Below are positions 24,880-38,645 of a stretch of DNA of 64,000 nucleotides, piece after piece. Source of the DNA: Camelus dromedarius (lineage: Eukaryota). The notes beneath the pieces are model-generated. The model made no database searches, was not told where the DNA came from, and worked only from the letters and a program-made list of their open reading frames with translations. The stretch is taken from positions 61,382,001-61,446,000 of the forward strand of contig NC_087436.1 in the NCBI RefSeq assembly GCF_036321535.1, read 5' to 3'. The position numbers and the translations under genes are program-made. Position 1 is the stretch's first letter; each line of letters starts with the position of its first letter.

Positions 24880-25730
24880 CAGCCTCCAGTTCTCAGAAGT
24901 TTGCAAAAGCAGAACTTCTTTGAGAGTGCAGTGTGTGTCCTCAGCACATGGTCCATTCAAGCCATCTTGTTAATGATAGCAAAACACTCAGGAAATTTAA
25001 CTTTGGAGTACACTCCTTAAACCTGGGTGGGTTGCCTTCTATACAGTTGGTATGCAGCTGTCGTCCTGGGGTCTTCATTCACCATTACCCTGGGATTCCC
25101 TTTGCCTCTCTCATATATTCAGCTTTCTGTTACCTATATCCCATAACTTCCTATTTCTTGGATTACTCTCTCAGTTTGGTGGGGCATCCTCTAATAGCTT
25201 CCTAAGAAATGATGCATGGGAAGTAAATATTTTTCATACCTTGAATATCTAAAAACAATCTTATTCTGCTCTCACATTTGATTGGTAGTTTGCCTAGGTA
25301 TGGAACTACAGATTGGGAATAATTTTCTTTCATAATCTTGAAGACATTTCTCCACTATCTTCTAGTTTCCAGTGTTGCTCTGAGAAATTTGAACACATTC
25401 TGATTTCTATCTTCTGCATATAAACTGTTTTTTTCCCTCTCAGAATGCTTATAGAATCTCCTCTTTCACCCCATGTTCTGAAATTTATAATGATGTACCT
25501 CAGTGTGAGTCTGTGTATATGGTAGCCCTTTAAGCCTTTGAGGAGACTCATGTCCTTGAGTTTTAAGATTTAGTTGTTGATTACCTCCTTTTCTGTTTTT
25601 TTCCAATTTCCTTTTTTGGAACTCTTATTACAGTACCCTTGCTCCATAATTTCTTAATATTTTCTTCATTTTTTTCCCCTCTTCTCTTAGATTTTCTCTG
25701 GATTCTGAGTCATTCTTCCTTTACTATCTC
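24880..25730 (-). mobile_element. old L1ME relic
   Basis: ctctaatagcttcctaagaaatgatgcatgggaagtaaa...ttgattggtagtttgcctaggtatggaact...ttgctctgagaaatttgaa. Confidence 0.75.
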
Positions 25731-26199
25731 TGTCTTTGGTTGTTTCTGAAGAGTGCATTGAAAATGCCACTTTTTGGTGCCTGAGAAGACATCTCAGCTT
25801 GCCATCTTCCTCTAAAAAGTTAGGGAACAGGGAACCTGAGGTTTTTAACATGTTGAACAGTCTCACTCCTTTTTAGTCTAGAATGTGGCTCTCTTGCCAA
25901 TTCAGCTCTTACAAACACTCAACTGGATATTCATATATTTGATTCCATTTTAGTCCATATGACAAAATCTATACCCACTGTTATTTTCAAGACCTGCCTC
26001 TCCCTCTAGATTTAATTACAAGGACTGGCATATCAGGCTTGTGTGGGGCCACAACCTTAAGGTTCATTGTCTTCAGACTTTCAGTGTTGTTTTTAAGAGG
26101 TCTAAAGCCATTATGATTCCTGATTATTTGCATATGAGTTTTCTTCTTTCTTATCTAAAAGTTTATGAAATCTTTTTTTCACTCAGGTTATACAAATTT

Positions 26200-27590
26200 G
26201 TGCTTCTGACTCTCCACTGAGAATGAGGCTCAAAAGCAACTTTTTTTGCTGGACATACATAGATGTTCCTCAGGCAGGTTAAACATTCTGTGTCAGAGGT
26301 GTGTATTCTTCTTCCCCTCTTTGTGCGCTTTCCTGTATTCCTGATGCTCTTTATTTTTACTGCCTTCTACCCATTGCTCTAGGTCTGTTACTTAGGTTTC
26401 ACTCAACTCCTCTCTAGCTCCTTCATTGCATACATGATAATCACCACAATCTGATTATTTTGATCTCTTCCTACAAATTTGTTGAATTTTGGTCTCTTCC
26501 TGTTTATACCAGTACAAGCTCTAAATACCTCTCTCTTTGACTAACTGCAACAGCCTCCTCATGGGTGAGTCTGTCTGCTGTATAACTTGTACCCGTTCTC
26601 AGCAAATTTGCCAATGATTAATCTAAATATAACTCCAATTTTGGCCTCTGCTTATAACCTTCAGTGACTTCCTGTTGCTTACAAAGTAAAATGAAAGCTT
26701 CTCAATAAGGCATTTGGAACCTTCCATAAACTTATTCCTACCTACCTATCTTAGTCTGCTCAGGCTGCTGTAACAAAATACCACAGACTGGGTGGCTTAA
26801 ACAACAAACATTTATTTATCATAGTTCTGGAGGCCAAGAGTTCTAAGATTAGTTTGCCAGCAGATTCAGTTCCTGGTGAGAGCCCTCTTCCTGCCTTGCA
26901 GATGACCCCTTCATACTCAGATGGTGGAGAAAGGAAACTTTTATGTCTCTTCCTCTTCTTATAGGGACACTAATCCCATCACAAGGGCTTCATCCTTATG
27001 ATCTCATCTGAACTTAAGTACCTGTAAGACTCTACCTCCTAATAGCATCACATTGAGAGTTAGGGCTTCAACATACGAAGTTTGGGGTGACACATTCAGT
27101 TCATAACACATCCCTTCAGCTTCATTTCCCCCAACTTCATACCTTATGATGCCTTATAATTTGCACTTAGAAAATTTGATTTATCTCGATATGCCTCACG
27201 CTGTTCCACAGTTCACATTTGTTGATATTTTCCATCTGCCTTGAATGTCTGTCCTACTTTTCCTTCATATGGATATTCTTACCCTTCTTTTAGATCTCAA
27301 CTCAGGTATTATAATTTCTAGGAAACCTATGCTTAACCTCCAAACTGGTTCAGTTTCCCTTTCTCTGTAGTCCCTTAGTACCTGAGTCTCCCTTGGTACT
27401 CTGAGTATACCTTTAGCTCAGCAAATACCGTATTATATCCTTACTATGCGTATATATTGTTTTTCCCCTTTAAATATTAAGCACCTCAAGTGCAGAGATG
27501 ACATCATTTATATGTTCATGCCCAGTGACAAGCACAGTGCCTGGTCCATGGCAGCCAATCAAAAAAGATTTGTTACTAAACTAACTAGCT
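26200..27590 (+). mobile_element. L2 LINE relic, split by MLT1A
   Basis: actgcaacagcctcctca, aaccttcagtgacttcctgttgctta, tttagatctcaactcagg, agcacagtgcctggtccatgg 3' end. Confidence 0.8.
26747..27108 (-). mobile_element. MLT1A-type MaLR solo LTR
   Basis: tcttagtctgctcaggctgctgtaacaaaataccacagactgggtggcttaaacaac...gggcttcaacata...cattcagttcataaca. Confidence 0.9.
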
Positions 27591-28329
27591 ACATATATCA
27601 TTTTATACCTGTTGTTAATCTGTGTTAACTACCCAGAACATTCTGAACATTTTGCTGATACCTATCCCTGTAGTTTATTTTAATTTTCTGTGTTGAAATA
27701 CTTCACATAAACATAAATTTGCAACAGTTTTGACATCAGCACTCTTTTTATAGTCTCAACCTTACATTTATAGCATGTGTAAGTTTATATGCTGAGACTA
27801 ATGGATCCCATCTTGGGCATTAAAAAACTATACTTAAGCGTTATCAGTAGGGCATTGCTGCAGTGGATCCTTGAACATTGACCATTGGCTGAGTGGTAGC
27901 TTCAGATGTGGGAAGTTCAGAGTATTGTGTTAAAGGGCAGTTGCTGAGATCAAGGCTAAACTATTTTGCTTCTGGAGTGCTTAGATCATCCATAGCCTAT
28001 AATGCTGGTTTTGGAAGAAGTGAAACATTAGGCATTCAGATCAATATTTCTGAGAGTAGATCTCTGAAGAGATGACAGCAAATTAGAGGCCATCTTCTGG
28101 CAAGAGTGAAAGGAAAGTGAATCATTTTATAAAGGAAGTAATGTGTGGAAAATGTCTTTTCAGCTATGAAGTGGTACACAATTGTTTACTCTTGAAATCA
28201 CTGTGATTGTTATTAAGGGCCAGTTTGAAAGTCATTTGCCTGTCTCAGCTCAGATAAATTACTAGGTCTGCCATATTATCCCGTGACTCCAGACAAGCAA
28301 ATTCCATATGCCATTCATAATGGACTCTA

Positions 28330-28852
28330 GTAGATATTGTTTCTAAATAATGGGTTGCTTTTTATCTTATCCCTCTGCCCTCCTTCCCCTCTTTTTTAAA
28401 CAGTTTCTGCCTTTGGCCATGAGTGTAACCAAGGCCTGATTCTCCATTCTTATAGTCAGAAAAATTTGTTTAGAGGGTTCTATATATGGGTATTGGAGAA
28501 AGACATTCTCTTCTCTATTAATTTTTGAGTTAGGGCATTATAGACATTTGGTGGGCTTTTGAGTTGCCTCTGGTTAACTTCTTTGTCTGCATTGAGGAAA
28601 TTAATGGGCAATTTTGTAATAATATGGAATTAGAATACTACACAGAGTAAATCAAAGGTGAGAGATGAGGCAGGTGATAGAGCGAGCGAGAAAGTGAGCT
28701 AATAACATAATTTGCGTTAGTGATCCACTTGTGTCTGAATCTAGTGATGTCTGAACTTAGTTACATGAATTAACTCATCTTTTTTTGGTTAAAGTATTTT
28801 TAGTTTTTTTTTTTTTTTTTCACTTCGACCTGAAAGTGTTCTGAGAAATACA
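28330..28852 (+). mobile_element. MLT1 (J/K-like) LTR
   Basis: gatccacttgtgtctgaa...agttacatgaattaa...tcacttcgacctgaaagtgttctgagaaataca terminus. Confidence 0.5.
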
Positions 28853-28934
28853 CTACTCTTCTCTAGGGTTTTTTGGCCACCACTCTCCTGGCCTCAGTCT
28901 TTTTCCTGGGCCCTGTTCTGCTTCCTAATTACAT

Positions 28935-29180
28935 CATGGTTTGGTGGTTAAGTGTAAGTACAATGAACCAGACCACCTGAACTTGAATCTTGGTTCTTCT
29001 ACTCATTAGCTATATAATCTTGGGCAACTTATTTAACCTCTTTGAGCTTATTTCTATATCAGTAAAATGAGATAATTACTTGCACCCACTTTTTGTAAGG
29101 ATTAAATAAGTTAATGCTTATAAAGTCTTTAGAAAAGAACCTGACACATGTTGGTTGTTTAGTAGATGTTAGCCATTTTA
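28935..29180 (+). mobile_element. MIR SINE
   Basis: ttgaatcttggttcttctactcattagcta...tgggcaacttatttaacctctttgagctt...gtaaaatgagataat...aggattaaataagttaat. Confidence 0.9.
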
Positions 29181-29522
29181 ATATTGTATTCTAAAAAAAA
29201 AAATCAAAATGCTGTGTTTGTTTTTATTGCCTAATTTAAAATTATTAGATTTTGAAGGATAAAGACTTTGCCTTCTTGGCTCCCATGGCTTGGATAGATT
29301 ATAGCACCTAGCATAATCTCTTGTACATGATAAGCATTTCCCTGGCTTACCTGTTCCCACACCACACAGCCAATACACGATGACACAAACCTGTCACTCA
29401 CAGCTTCCTTCCTGACTTGCTTTGATCTATTTCTTGGTGCACTGAGCTTTTCTTTTGACCTCATTATTTTGTACTGAAGTAAAGACTCTTGTTTGTCCTT
29501 TACTCCTGCTCGACCATGATTT

Positions 29523-29660
29523 ACAAATTTTTTAAAAATTTTTTTAGAGGGGAGATAATTAGTTTTGTTTGTTTGTTTATTTAATGGAGGTACTGGGCAT
29601 TGAACCCAGGGCCTCGTGTATTCTAGGCACATGCTCTACCATTGGGCTATTCCCTTCCTT
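29523..29660 (-). mobile_element. tRNA-derived SINE (camelid vic-1-like)
   Basis: atggaggtactgggcattgaacccaggg...ctctaccattgggcta; TSD GAC(C/T)ATGATTT at 29512-29522 and 29661-29671. Confidence 0.9.
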
Positions 29661-30264
29661 GACTATGATTTTTATTCTACTTCTTCTGACGCTATTTCAA
29701 ATCACCACTCCCTCACCAAAACCCTTAGTGAGAAGGGCTCTTACTAGGTTGGTTTAGCCAAGCCCTGTGAGCAGTGTCCGGGCAGCATTCAATAAATGTT
29801 TATGGCCAACAAATTATAGAACACATGCTAAGCAGTAATATTCTAAGCTCATAGTGAAGGGGAGTTAACCACACACTGATTGTATGACCTAATGCAGGCT
29901 TATCTAACTTCTGCTTCTCAAACTTGATTATTTGCTGCCTGATATTTTCCTTAACTATTAGTTTTCCTTAGTGGTAAGTAATTTGAAAGCATTTTCATAT
30001 TAAGTAAACAGGGATGTATTTTAAATACAAATCAAAATTTACATTGTTTTAGGAGGTGAAAACACATTCTAAAGAAATATCTTCATTTCTTTGGGTGTTA
30101 GGCCCCCATTGACTCACATGCCATGGGGAGCATAAGTGGTGGGACTTAGGTTACTGTTTTTTGTTGTTAAAGAAGCCTCTGTGGAAACATTTGAGAAGAT
30201 TATAATACTGCCCATTTCCTTTGCCAGTGTTGGATGGGAGGTTTATGTTCACAATAGTCAGAGC

Positions 30265-30490
30265 TTAGTAATAGCTACCAGTTTGGAACACACTTATATG
30301 CCCGAAACTCTGCCATGCTCTTTACAATAACACATAATTTGACAGTCACAGCAAGTCTATTTTACAGAAGAGGAAACTGAATCTTAAAAAGTTAAATAAC
30401 TTAAATGAGGTCTCACAACTATTTTGTGTTGTGACTTGGAGTCAAATCCAGGTCTGTAAAGCTATAAAGTGCCTTTAACTGCTACACTGC
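30265..30490 (-). mobile_element. MIR SINE
   Basis: attttacagaagaggaaactgaatctta..agttaaataactt...caaatccaggtctg. Confidence 0.85.
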
Positions 30491-30638
30491 ACAAGCTATG
30501 AGGAATCATTCAGAATAACCTCATTCAAGATGGGAAGAAATGAAAATAGCAGTTTCTATTTAGTAAGCACTAGCTTGTGGTCTTATAGGAACTTAAGGGC
30601 AAAAGGAAGATGGGAAAGAAAAAGAGAATGTTTGTGCA

Positions 30639-30654
30639 TGTGTGTGTGTGTGTG
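30639..30654 (+). repeat. (TG)8 microsatellite
   Basis: direct reading. Confidence 0.85.
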
Positions 30655-31359
30655 AGGCTGTGTGTATTTAAACCATAGATATTTTACATCTATAACAACT
30701 TTTTTGGGAAGACTGAATTGTAAACTTATTCCCATACCTCAAAACCGAAGTTACCTTCTGCCAGTTCAGTTTTAAAAAGAGCCAGCTTTTGTTTCAAGGA
30801 AGACTGCTGTGAGATTTGCTTTGTATAAGTCATGATATATTCAGACCCCAAGGACTCACCGATGAATATAATGAATACCAACATTTTGATGGACAATTTG
30901 CCCTAAACATTGTCCCCTAGGATTACAGTCCTTCAACTGAAATCATTGGAGAAGGTCAAATAGCCTACTTAATTGTACATTATTTGCAATAGAAAATTTG
31001 TTAAATTCCTTTCTTAAAAGCTCATTGATAGAGCTATTTACCATCATCACATTTTCCTTCCTTTCGCTCCTTTGCAGAGGTTGACTTGGCAAGAATGTTA
31101 TTTCACTTTGCTACACTATGAGCCTCTGGTGCATGTTCTCATTTATTTTGGCAAGTGAACCATTTTGTCTGTTTGGCTTAAAGTGGTCCGTTGTATTATG
31201 TGACAGCAAAAATGTAGCTTAACGTATTTTCTGTTGATATGTTTAAACCTCATTGATCTACATACATAAAGCTTAATGGAAACTTGCAAACATAAAGCTC
31301 ATCCGAGTTTCTAATCTTGATAATGATTCTAGTTCTGGGTGCTAGTGAGAGAGTCAGAC

Positions 31360-31640
31360 TGTTTCTCAAAGAGTGTTCCATGAAACACCCATCAGGACCC
31401 TAGGAAGCTATGCAAAGGGCTTCAGCAGTCAGATGAGTTACAGAAATGCTGTATAAATATAACTTGTCTTAAAGATTTACACCTTAATTTGTATATGAAC
31501 GTCTTTAACCATCTTGCAATTAAAAGAAAAATGGACATTGTTTAAACCGGAATTTTCTAAACTTATTTGTCTGTTTAAAACTATGATTTTCAACTTCCTA
31601 TGGCAGTGCTGTTTCTTGAAATACATTTTGGGAAATACTC
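31360..31640. mobile_element. hAT/Charlie-type non-autonomous DNA transposon relic
   Basis: imperfect inverted termini gtttctcaaagagtgttccatgaaacac ... gtttcttgaaatacattttgggaaatact. Confidence 0.6.
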
Positions 31641-31649
31641 ATCAATACC

Positions 31650-31830
31650 CAGTAGCTTTTAAGTCCAACTGGACCTGGGTTAGAATTTTAACTCTATTAT
31701 TTGAGTAGCACATTTGTCCTTCATGAGCCGAAGATTCCTCTTTTGGGGATATTTATCTGACAGGATTGTAGTTAAATTAAATGAGTTAATACATTAAAGC
31801 AAATAACACAATGCTTGGCATAAATTTTAG
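31650..31830 (+). mobile_element. MIR SINE
   Basis: gacctgggttagaatttt...caggattgtagttaaattaaatgagttaataca..taaagc..acaatgcttggcata. Confidence 0.7.
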
Positions 31831-33316
31831 TTCATCTACTTCTTAATCCTTGCTTTCCCTCATTTTCTTCAAGAAACATTTAAAATTGCACTTCCTTTAT
31901 AAATTCTTCCTTCAAAAACTGATATAGAAAGATACTCTGGACCTAAACTCATCTGAAGTAAACATGCATTTGTTTTGACTATAGTTTCAAATATCAAACA
32001 CAAAATGCATTTTCCCTTTTAATAAATACTCTGCTTAAAAAATGATAATAAATGGTCCCCTTTTAATGCAAAGGTGAAAATAATATGGTTCCAGGAAAGG
32101 GACTGCAGAGAAAGATCTCTGGGTTTTGCTCTTATATTAGGTTCCTTAAGTAGACAAATGCTAAGATTATTTGAGTAAACTAAAGAAAGTTCTTTTAAGG
32201 CTGTGTGAATCAGCATAGAAGCAGCAGACAATCCTGGTGTTTGTGTCTGCTTGTGGTACTATTATTAGAAAAAAATAAATAAAAACTATACCTATAGCCT
32301 TATGGATTCTGAGATACCAGTTTTGCCTTTGTTATTGACAGCTACCCTGAGTCTCTCAACTGCTGAATTTGTTGTCCCTAAAACCAGTCAGGCTACAAAA
32401 ATGAATCTGAAAGGACAGTACTTCCATGTGTAAAACTGTTTGTGGTTCTGGTTGTTCAAATTTAAGAGAGATGTAAGAAAAAAAATTACAGATAAACAAA
32501 TATACCCTGTTTATGATGCTGTTTTACAAAGAATTCCAGGTGGCTGAGCAGCAAGCATTGCCCACTATACCTTTGTGGTGCTAGGAGGGAATGCAGGAAC
32601 CAGAAAGAAAACAGAATTACTGCTAGTGGGTCAGGAACATGAATAGGATTCCAGGATGATGCATTGAGGTCCCTTTTATTTTGCACAGAAGCAGCCTCAG
32701 GACGCACCAGGCATTCACCTCGCTTTGGTCGCCTCCACTGTTTTCTCCTTTGATTTCATCGCTGGGAACTGACTCCCTTCTAGCAGAAGGCCTCAGTTTA
32801 AGATTATCCTGGGAAGGCAGAATTAGATCTCACCCAGCAGAATTAAGTTTTTCAGTTTTAATCAGAATAGTGCATGTATGAGACAATTCAACTTTTTTCT
32901 TACTAAATTGCACTCTTTTTCTTAGCATGACTCTGGAGTGTTACTGTGCCAAAAGACCCACTAGCTTCCACTGAGGAGGAGAGAAAATAGTGAGTAAAAT
33001 GTGTGAGAAGGGAAGGAATCTTATCTTTTCAGCCTTACATCCTTATGAAGTCCCTAAATGTTTATTCCATTCCTGAACGTCCACTTTGATCAACTTATTT
33101 AAACAAGAGTCCTCTTTAATAGAGAGAAAAACCAGGGATTAAGAGGAGTTCTGGTGACTCATATAGGATGTAGGAGATGTAGGATGGCCAACAGTGTGGG
33201 CTTTGGATTTAGGCAGGCCTTGTTTTGAGTATGGGCTCTACCACTTACTGGCCGTGTCACTGTGATCTCTGAGACAGTTTTCTATATTATATGCAGACAC
33301 AGTATAACATAGTGGC

Positions 33317-33827
33317 TGTAGTGGACATTTATTCCAGCATTTATTCCACTCCCTAGGAGTAGGCTTGATATCACCCCAGCTCTATGCATGGTCCCTATTG
33401 GACATAAGGCAATTAGCCCGTGCCACAGAGATTGGTTCAGTGATGAGCAAAGACCTAGGCCTAAGCCAATCAGTGCATAGCATTGCACTGGCCTCTGTGA
33501 TTGGTCCAGTCAGAATGAAGGACAAGTCATTTATACAAGAGACATATGGTCCCTTGCTCTGAATGGTGTGGCATGTAGGTGAAAAATCTGGGAATCCTGG
33601 TGACCTTTTTATTGCCATGAGAGATGACAGTCTGCAGATAAAGCTAGTATACAGAGGTTGAAAGAGCAAAGTGAATGACAGGAAATAGAGACTGAGTTTG
33701 ACCATATCCTTGCAAAGCTTGCCCTACCTCTGGAATTTCTAGTTACCTGGGTTAACAGGTTCCCTTTTGTTTAATCCAAGTTGAACTCTGTTTTTATTAC
33801 TTGCAAAATAAGGAATCCTAATTCATA
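33317..33827 (+). mobile_element. MLT1K-like MaLR LTR
   Basis: tgtagtggac start; gattggttcagtgatgagca..gacctaggcctaagccaatcag; ctctggaatttctagttac...ttacttgcaa..aggaatcctaa end. Confidence 0.75.
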
Positions 33828-33849
33828 AGTATATTATAAATGTATCATA

Positions 33850-34565
33850 TCTGACATATCTGTCAGATAGTGAGAAGTAATATAGAAGAAGATACAGAAA
33901 GAGGGAGGAGAAGTTTTCCAGTGGGGGTGCTGAAAAACCACAACTGAAGTCAGGCAGACTGATTCAGAAAGCGACCTTCGAGCAGAGACCTGAAGAAGGC
34001 AAGAGAACCAACCGACCATCTGGGAGAAGAATAGGCCCTGAGGCAGGGTTCTTCCTGGCATGTTCTAGTAACAGGAAGGAGATCAGCATAACTAGAGTGT
34101 GGGGAACAGAGAATAGGAGATAAGGTCAGAAAGATAATGTAAGGCAGGTAGATTACAAAGGGACTTGAAGCCATTGTAAGGATTTTGGCTTTACTCTTAA
34201 GTCAGAGGGGAGACCACTGGGGGGTTATGGGTAGAGAAGTGAGATGACCTGGCTTATATTTTTAAAGGATCATGTGGCTATTGTTTTTAGTATAGACTGG
34301 GTGAGGTGTACGCTAGAGGCAGGTAGAGGAATGGCAGAGGCTAGAAAGCCCGTTAGGAAGCAGTTACAGGAATCCAGAGCAGATGAGATGGTCTCTTAGG
34401 CCAGGTTGGTGGAGTGGACATGCTGAGAAGTGGTCAGAGTCTGACCATAGTTTGGAAGTAAAATCTAGATGATTCACTGTTAGATTGATTGTGGGCTGTG
34501 AGAATTATGGGAGTCATAGGTGATGCCAAAGAAAATAATACATTTTGTATGGTGAGGCTGTGATG
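33850..34565 (-). mobile_element. L2 LINE relic
   Basis: gagcagagacctgaagaagg, gccattgtaaggattttggctttactct, gagaagtggtcagagtctg..atagtttggaagta. Confidence 0.85.
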
Positions 34566-34729
34566 GTTGATGAAATAATTTATAAAGACTTGGTATATAA
34601 AAGACTGTTGAATGATAGTTATGGAACAATAATAAATAGTTGCTTGCATTGTGTAAGATATCGACAACTCTATAATCATAAAAGTAGCAACAAATATCTT
34701 TGCTAATAAATAGTGTTTGTAAAACCACT

Positions 34730-34950
34730 CATGATTTATAGTGTCTTTTCATATGTTTTGTCTTTTAAGCCTTAGAAAACCCTGAGATAGGTATGTTTAT
34801 TTATCCCCACTTTGTAGAGGAAAAAAGCAGGAATGAGATGGGTACAGTGGTTTTGATCAAGGTTCCATAGGCATTTTTACCTCTTTTCAAACCTGGATCT
34901 TGTGGCTCCAAATACAATTCTCCTTTCAGTATAGCATTCTGCTCACCTTC
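34730..34950 (-). mobile_element. MIR SINE
   Basis: aaccctgagataggta..ttatccccactttgtagagga...ttcaaacctggatct..ggctccaaa. Confidence 0.7.
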
Positions 34951-35209
34951 CTGTTCAAAGGTGACATTTTTGACTTCATTCCTGGGGAGAGTGGTAGATT
35001 GAGAGCAATCCATATTTTTTCCTAATTTTTCTTATCGTGATACACCTTATAGGAGAACCAAGTAGGAGCTTTCACTTGTGGCGATGTAGAGAAATAATCA
35101 TAATGAATAATTCCTGGATTAATTAACACTTATTAAGTGCTAGGCATTAGTATTACTTGCATTACTACATGAAGTGTATCAATTAAGTTTTACAGAAACT
35201 CTGAAGCAG

Positions 35210-36082
35210 TGTCTCAATCAGGGTCCAATCAGAAGATAGTAACCACACCAGTAATTTAATATAAAGAATTATTAAACTAGTAAGAGGCGATTACCTACTA
35301 AAGGGAGTAAAAGAGGCATCTAACAAATGTAGGGAAAGGAAATAAAGAAAGTAGCTATCATCTCTAGGACTGAGGGAGCATGAACAGGAAGAAACTAAGA
35401 ATCTGGAAGGGCCTCCCATGGAGGGTAAGATTCAGGACTCAGAGCAAGACTGATTACACAATTTGTGGGATCCCATGCGGAATGAAGATGCACAGCTCCT
35501 TGTTAAAAAATTATTGAGAATTTCAAGATGTCAGCATCAGCACATTAAGCCAAGCGCAGAGCCCTTCCAAGGATAAGCCCCTATGTGACTACACAGGTCC
35601 ACGTCCTTGAAGGTGCCCTTGACTGTAGGCATGTCTCCCATAGGAAGATGCTGGCTGCTGGAGGCCAACAAACTTGGCAGAGGGTGTGAGCCAGAGTTAG
35701 TCTGTAGGAGAAGCCTGCTGAGTGCCAAAAATGGGTGAATAGGCTGGAATTTTTCTATAGGAAATATCTGTAGATGTTTGCTAGGGTTTTAGTAGGCCAC
35801 AGCTGATTTGTAGGAAGTTGCTTCTGGAGTACCACCCGTTGGAGAGTGAGTGCTACTGGCACTTCACAAACACTACTGGCAACTGTAACAGGAGGGATAA
35901 GAAGCCCAGACTGGAATCAGGAATGGAAGCTCCTTACTCTTGCAATGTCCCTCTAGTGACCTCAGCTGAGAAGCCTAACATATCAGTTTGGCAGAGGAGA
36001 AGTGTTTCTTTGGTCCAATTCTAGTGCCACAAAGCATGGCAAAGAAAGGTGGATTTGGAGCAATAAAATGATAACTGGCACA
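35210..36082 (-). mobile_element. ERVL-type solo LTR (LTR41-like)
   Basis: TG...CA termini (tgtctcaatcagggtccaatcagaagatag..aaccacac ... ggatttggagc..gataactggcaca). Confidence 0.7.
35440..35621 (-). mobile_element. MER45A-like (hAT-Tip100) element, nested in the LTR
   Basis: ttgttaaaaaattattgagaatttcaagatgtcagcatcagcacattaagccaagcgcagagcccttc...tgtgactacacaggtc. Confidence 0.8.
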
Positions 36083-36389
36083 GGCAAGTACTGTTATTAT
36101 TCCTTTGTTATAGATGAAAAAAACTGTATTTCAGAAAGTTGGAGTCTCTAGGTTGAAAACTTATTTGTAATTCCAGACTACAAAACTGTACAACTTTGCT
36201 GCACTGTACCCCTTGAATGGTACGTTCATGAGCTTAACTGACTTAACAGGGTGTGGAGTGGGGAGTAATAAGAAACAGTGTAGAGCAGAGGGGGCTCAGG
36301 GAATAAGCAGCACATCAGGTAGTATCAGGAGGCAAGTGCATCACTAAAGCAGACTCGTGCAGAGAACATCTTACAAGAAACAAGCCGCG

Positions 36390-37240
36390 TGGAATGAACA
36401 ACAGGAAAATCAAAGATTTCCTTTCATTGTACCTAAAGACAACCAAATAATTGGTGAGGGAAAGCTTCTTTTTGTAGAAAACTTTCAGCTAATATATGAA
36501 AAAGGATAGCATAGAATTAAAATATCATCACTTTATAACCCGCTAGTGATATGATGGATGTAAACAATATTCATTGATGTCTGCTAATATCAAAAAAGAA
36601 AAACAAACATGTGCTTCTTGATTGAAGCAACAACACCTATGAAGTATTATCCTAAAAAAAAAAAATCTATAAATCTGATGAAGCCTCTAGATCTAACTGC
36701 TAATTTACAGGAAATCCAGGGACCAAGGAAAATGTTAAAGGAAGCTACAGGCAAAATCCAGAGTGTGAAAAACTACAGGACAAATGATTGAGATTTCTCA
36801 ATCAATAAATTATAAAAGTAAAAGTGGTGAAGGAAGAACCTATAAACTAGAAACTTCAGAGGCATGTAAACAAGTGAAATGAATGGGTCTTACTTGGATT
36901 GTTAATTGAACAATAACAGTAGCAAGAATAAAAACTACAAAAAGCAAAACTGATATGACAGATTTGAAAATATTTGATAAAATTTTAGAATAATTGTTAA
37001 TGTTTTAAATGTAATAATGGTATTTATTTGATTTATATTTAAAAAAAGAGTTCTTATCTTTAGCGATACATACTGAAATTGAATATGATAAATAATGTGT
37101 TATTTGCTCCAAAATAATTATGTGGAGGTGTAGTAGATGAGGGTTTAGAAAAAAAAAATTAGCTGTTAGTTGATGGGATTTATTTTTATATTCACTTTAT
37201 GTCTTTATTTTTGAAAATCATCATAATGAAAAATTTTTTT
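36390..37240 (+). mobile_element. L1MC4/5-like 3'UTR
   Basis: aatctgatgaagcctctagatctaactgctaatttacaggaaat...ttatctttagcgatacatactgaaat...tttgctccaaaataat. Confidence 0.8.
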
Positions 37241-38645
37241 CTTTTGTCAGAATAATTTTACTTTTTACTGAAATCAGGTACTTGGAAGTTACTATCTTCT
37301 ACTAGGACTGAGAGAAAAAATACATTTCCCACTATACTAGAGCCATATAACCCTGTTTTTGTAAAAAGGAATTATCTGGGAGGAGTAATAAGGTTTTTAT
37401 TATAAAGCACTTAGTCTACAGTCTATGTTTATGTTTTGAATTATTTTCTTTAATTAAAAAAGATCAAAAAAAGGAAACCCTCTTCTTCAAGATGGAGTGT
37501 TTGACAGGAATTTCCCATTAAAGTGACATAAGAGATCACTCTCCTTTCATTTATCTCAAAGTGTCCTTGATTCTTAGGCTTGCCTAATCTTAGCAAAATT
37601 GACAGAATAGAGTATGTAACAAGATTTCATCACAGTGTCCAGAAGCATTTTTTTTTAACTCTAAGTGACTTGAAACAGAAAAGAGAAAAAAATATATTTC
37701 TTACTTATCAAAATGTTTCAAACAAGCTTTTAGGGTATTCTTGGACTACCTCTTTCTAGTTTCCTCCTTGCAGAAATCTCTGAAAATAGAGCAGCAGCAA
37801 GCAACAATAACATCAAGAGGCTTTCTTTCATTGATTCTGAGGGGCTGTTTCAGACGTTAGATGCCTTTTTTTTTTTTTTTCCATTAGGCTTCTCAGGGTG
37901 CTTGATAAGCTTATCATAGTTTTCGCACTTAGTAGGCACTTACGTGGGGTTGGTTGAACGCAGTTACGTTCCAAAGAGGCAACAAGTGTCATGAAGATGC
38001 CTGCCTTCCAGTCTGTGACCCATCAGTGAGTTTTCATGGGAACAGGCTTTAGTTATGTCACCTGTCTGGGACCCAATGTCTTTATCTGCAACTTTATGAC
38101 AATGAGGTAGGAAAGCACCATGAGCCTTTCCAACTCTGACATTTGATGGATAAAAAGGGTCAAACATCACCCCTGCTTCACATGTTAAGATAATAGTTTA
38201 GATATTAATTTATGTTTTCTCTCATATTTCCTCTTTTCCTGCATTTGCACTTCAAGTTTGGGTCCAAGAGAAGTAGACTGAGTGCCTCAGAGGATGAGAA
38301 GCTTGTGTGGATAATGCTAACAAAGAATCAGATGCCCGCACCCAGATTCTCTGTTGTTTTGATCCTGACTATTTTTGGCAGAATATTTATGCTGCTCTGC
38401 AGAAATGGAGGGGAGGAGAAATCCCTGAATGACTATATTTGCCCTTGTGCCACCAAATAGAAATGGAAACAAGTATTAGTAGAGGAAAATGAAATTATAG
38501 CTTTAATCATATGTCCACTGCATATATTATTCAAAACATTCATTTTAACTCTTTCCATCTTTGCTTCTGCTGGTTGCTTTGGTGTCCTATAAAGACAGTC
38601 TTAAATGGCATAAGAAAAGAGGTTTGACGTTTCTGTCATGTAAAG

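Larger units (their letters stand above)
35100..36210 (-). mobile_element. MIR SINE, split by LTR41
   Basis: acttattaagtgctaggca...aactctgaagcag on the left; gtactgttattattcctttgttatagatgaaaaaactg on the right. Confidence 0.6.

Noticed and set aside
29231..29632. 133-aa minus-strand ORF, including a possible 123-nt exon (29351-29473) with a CAG|GTAAGC donor
   Set aside because: The ORF starts inside a SINE, the acceptor is mediocre and the peptide is unrecognised.
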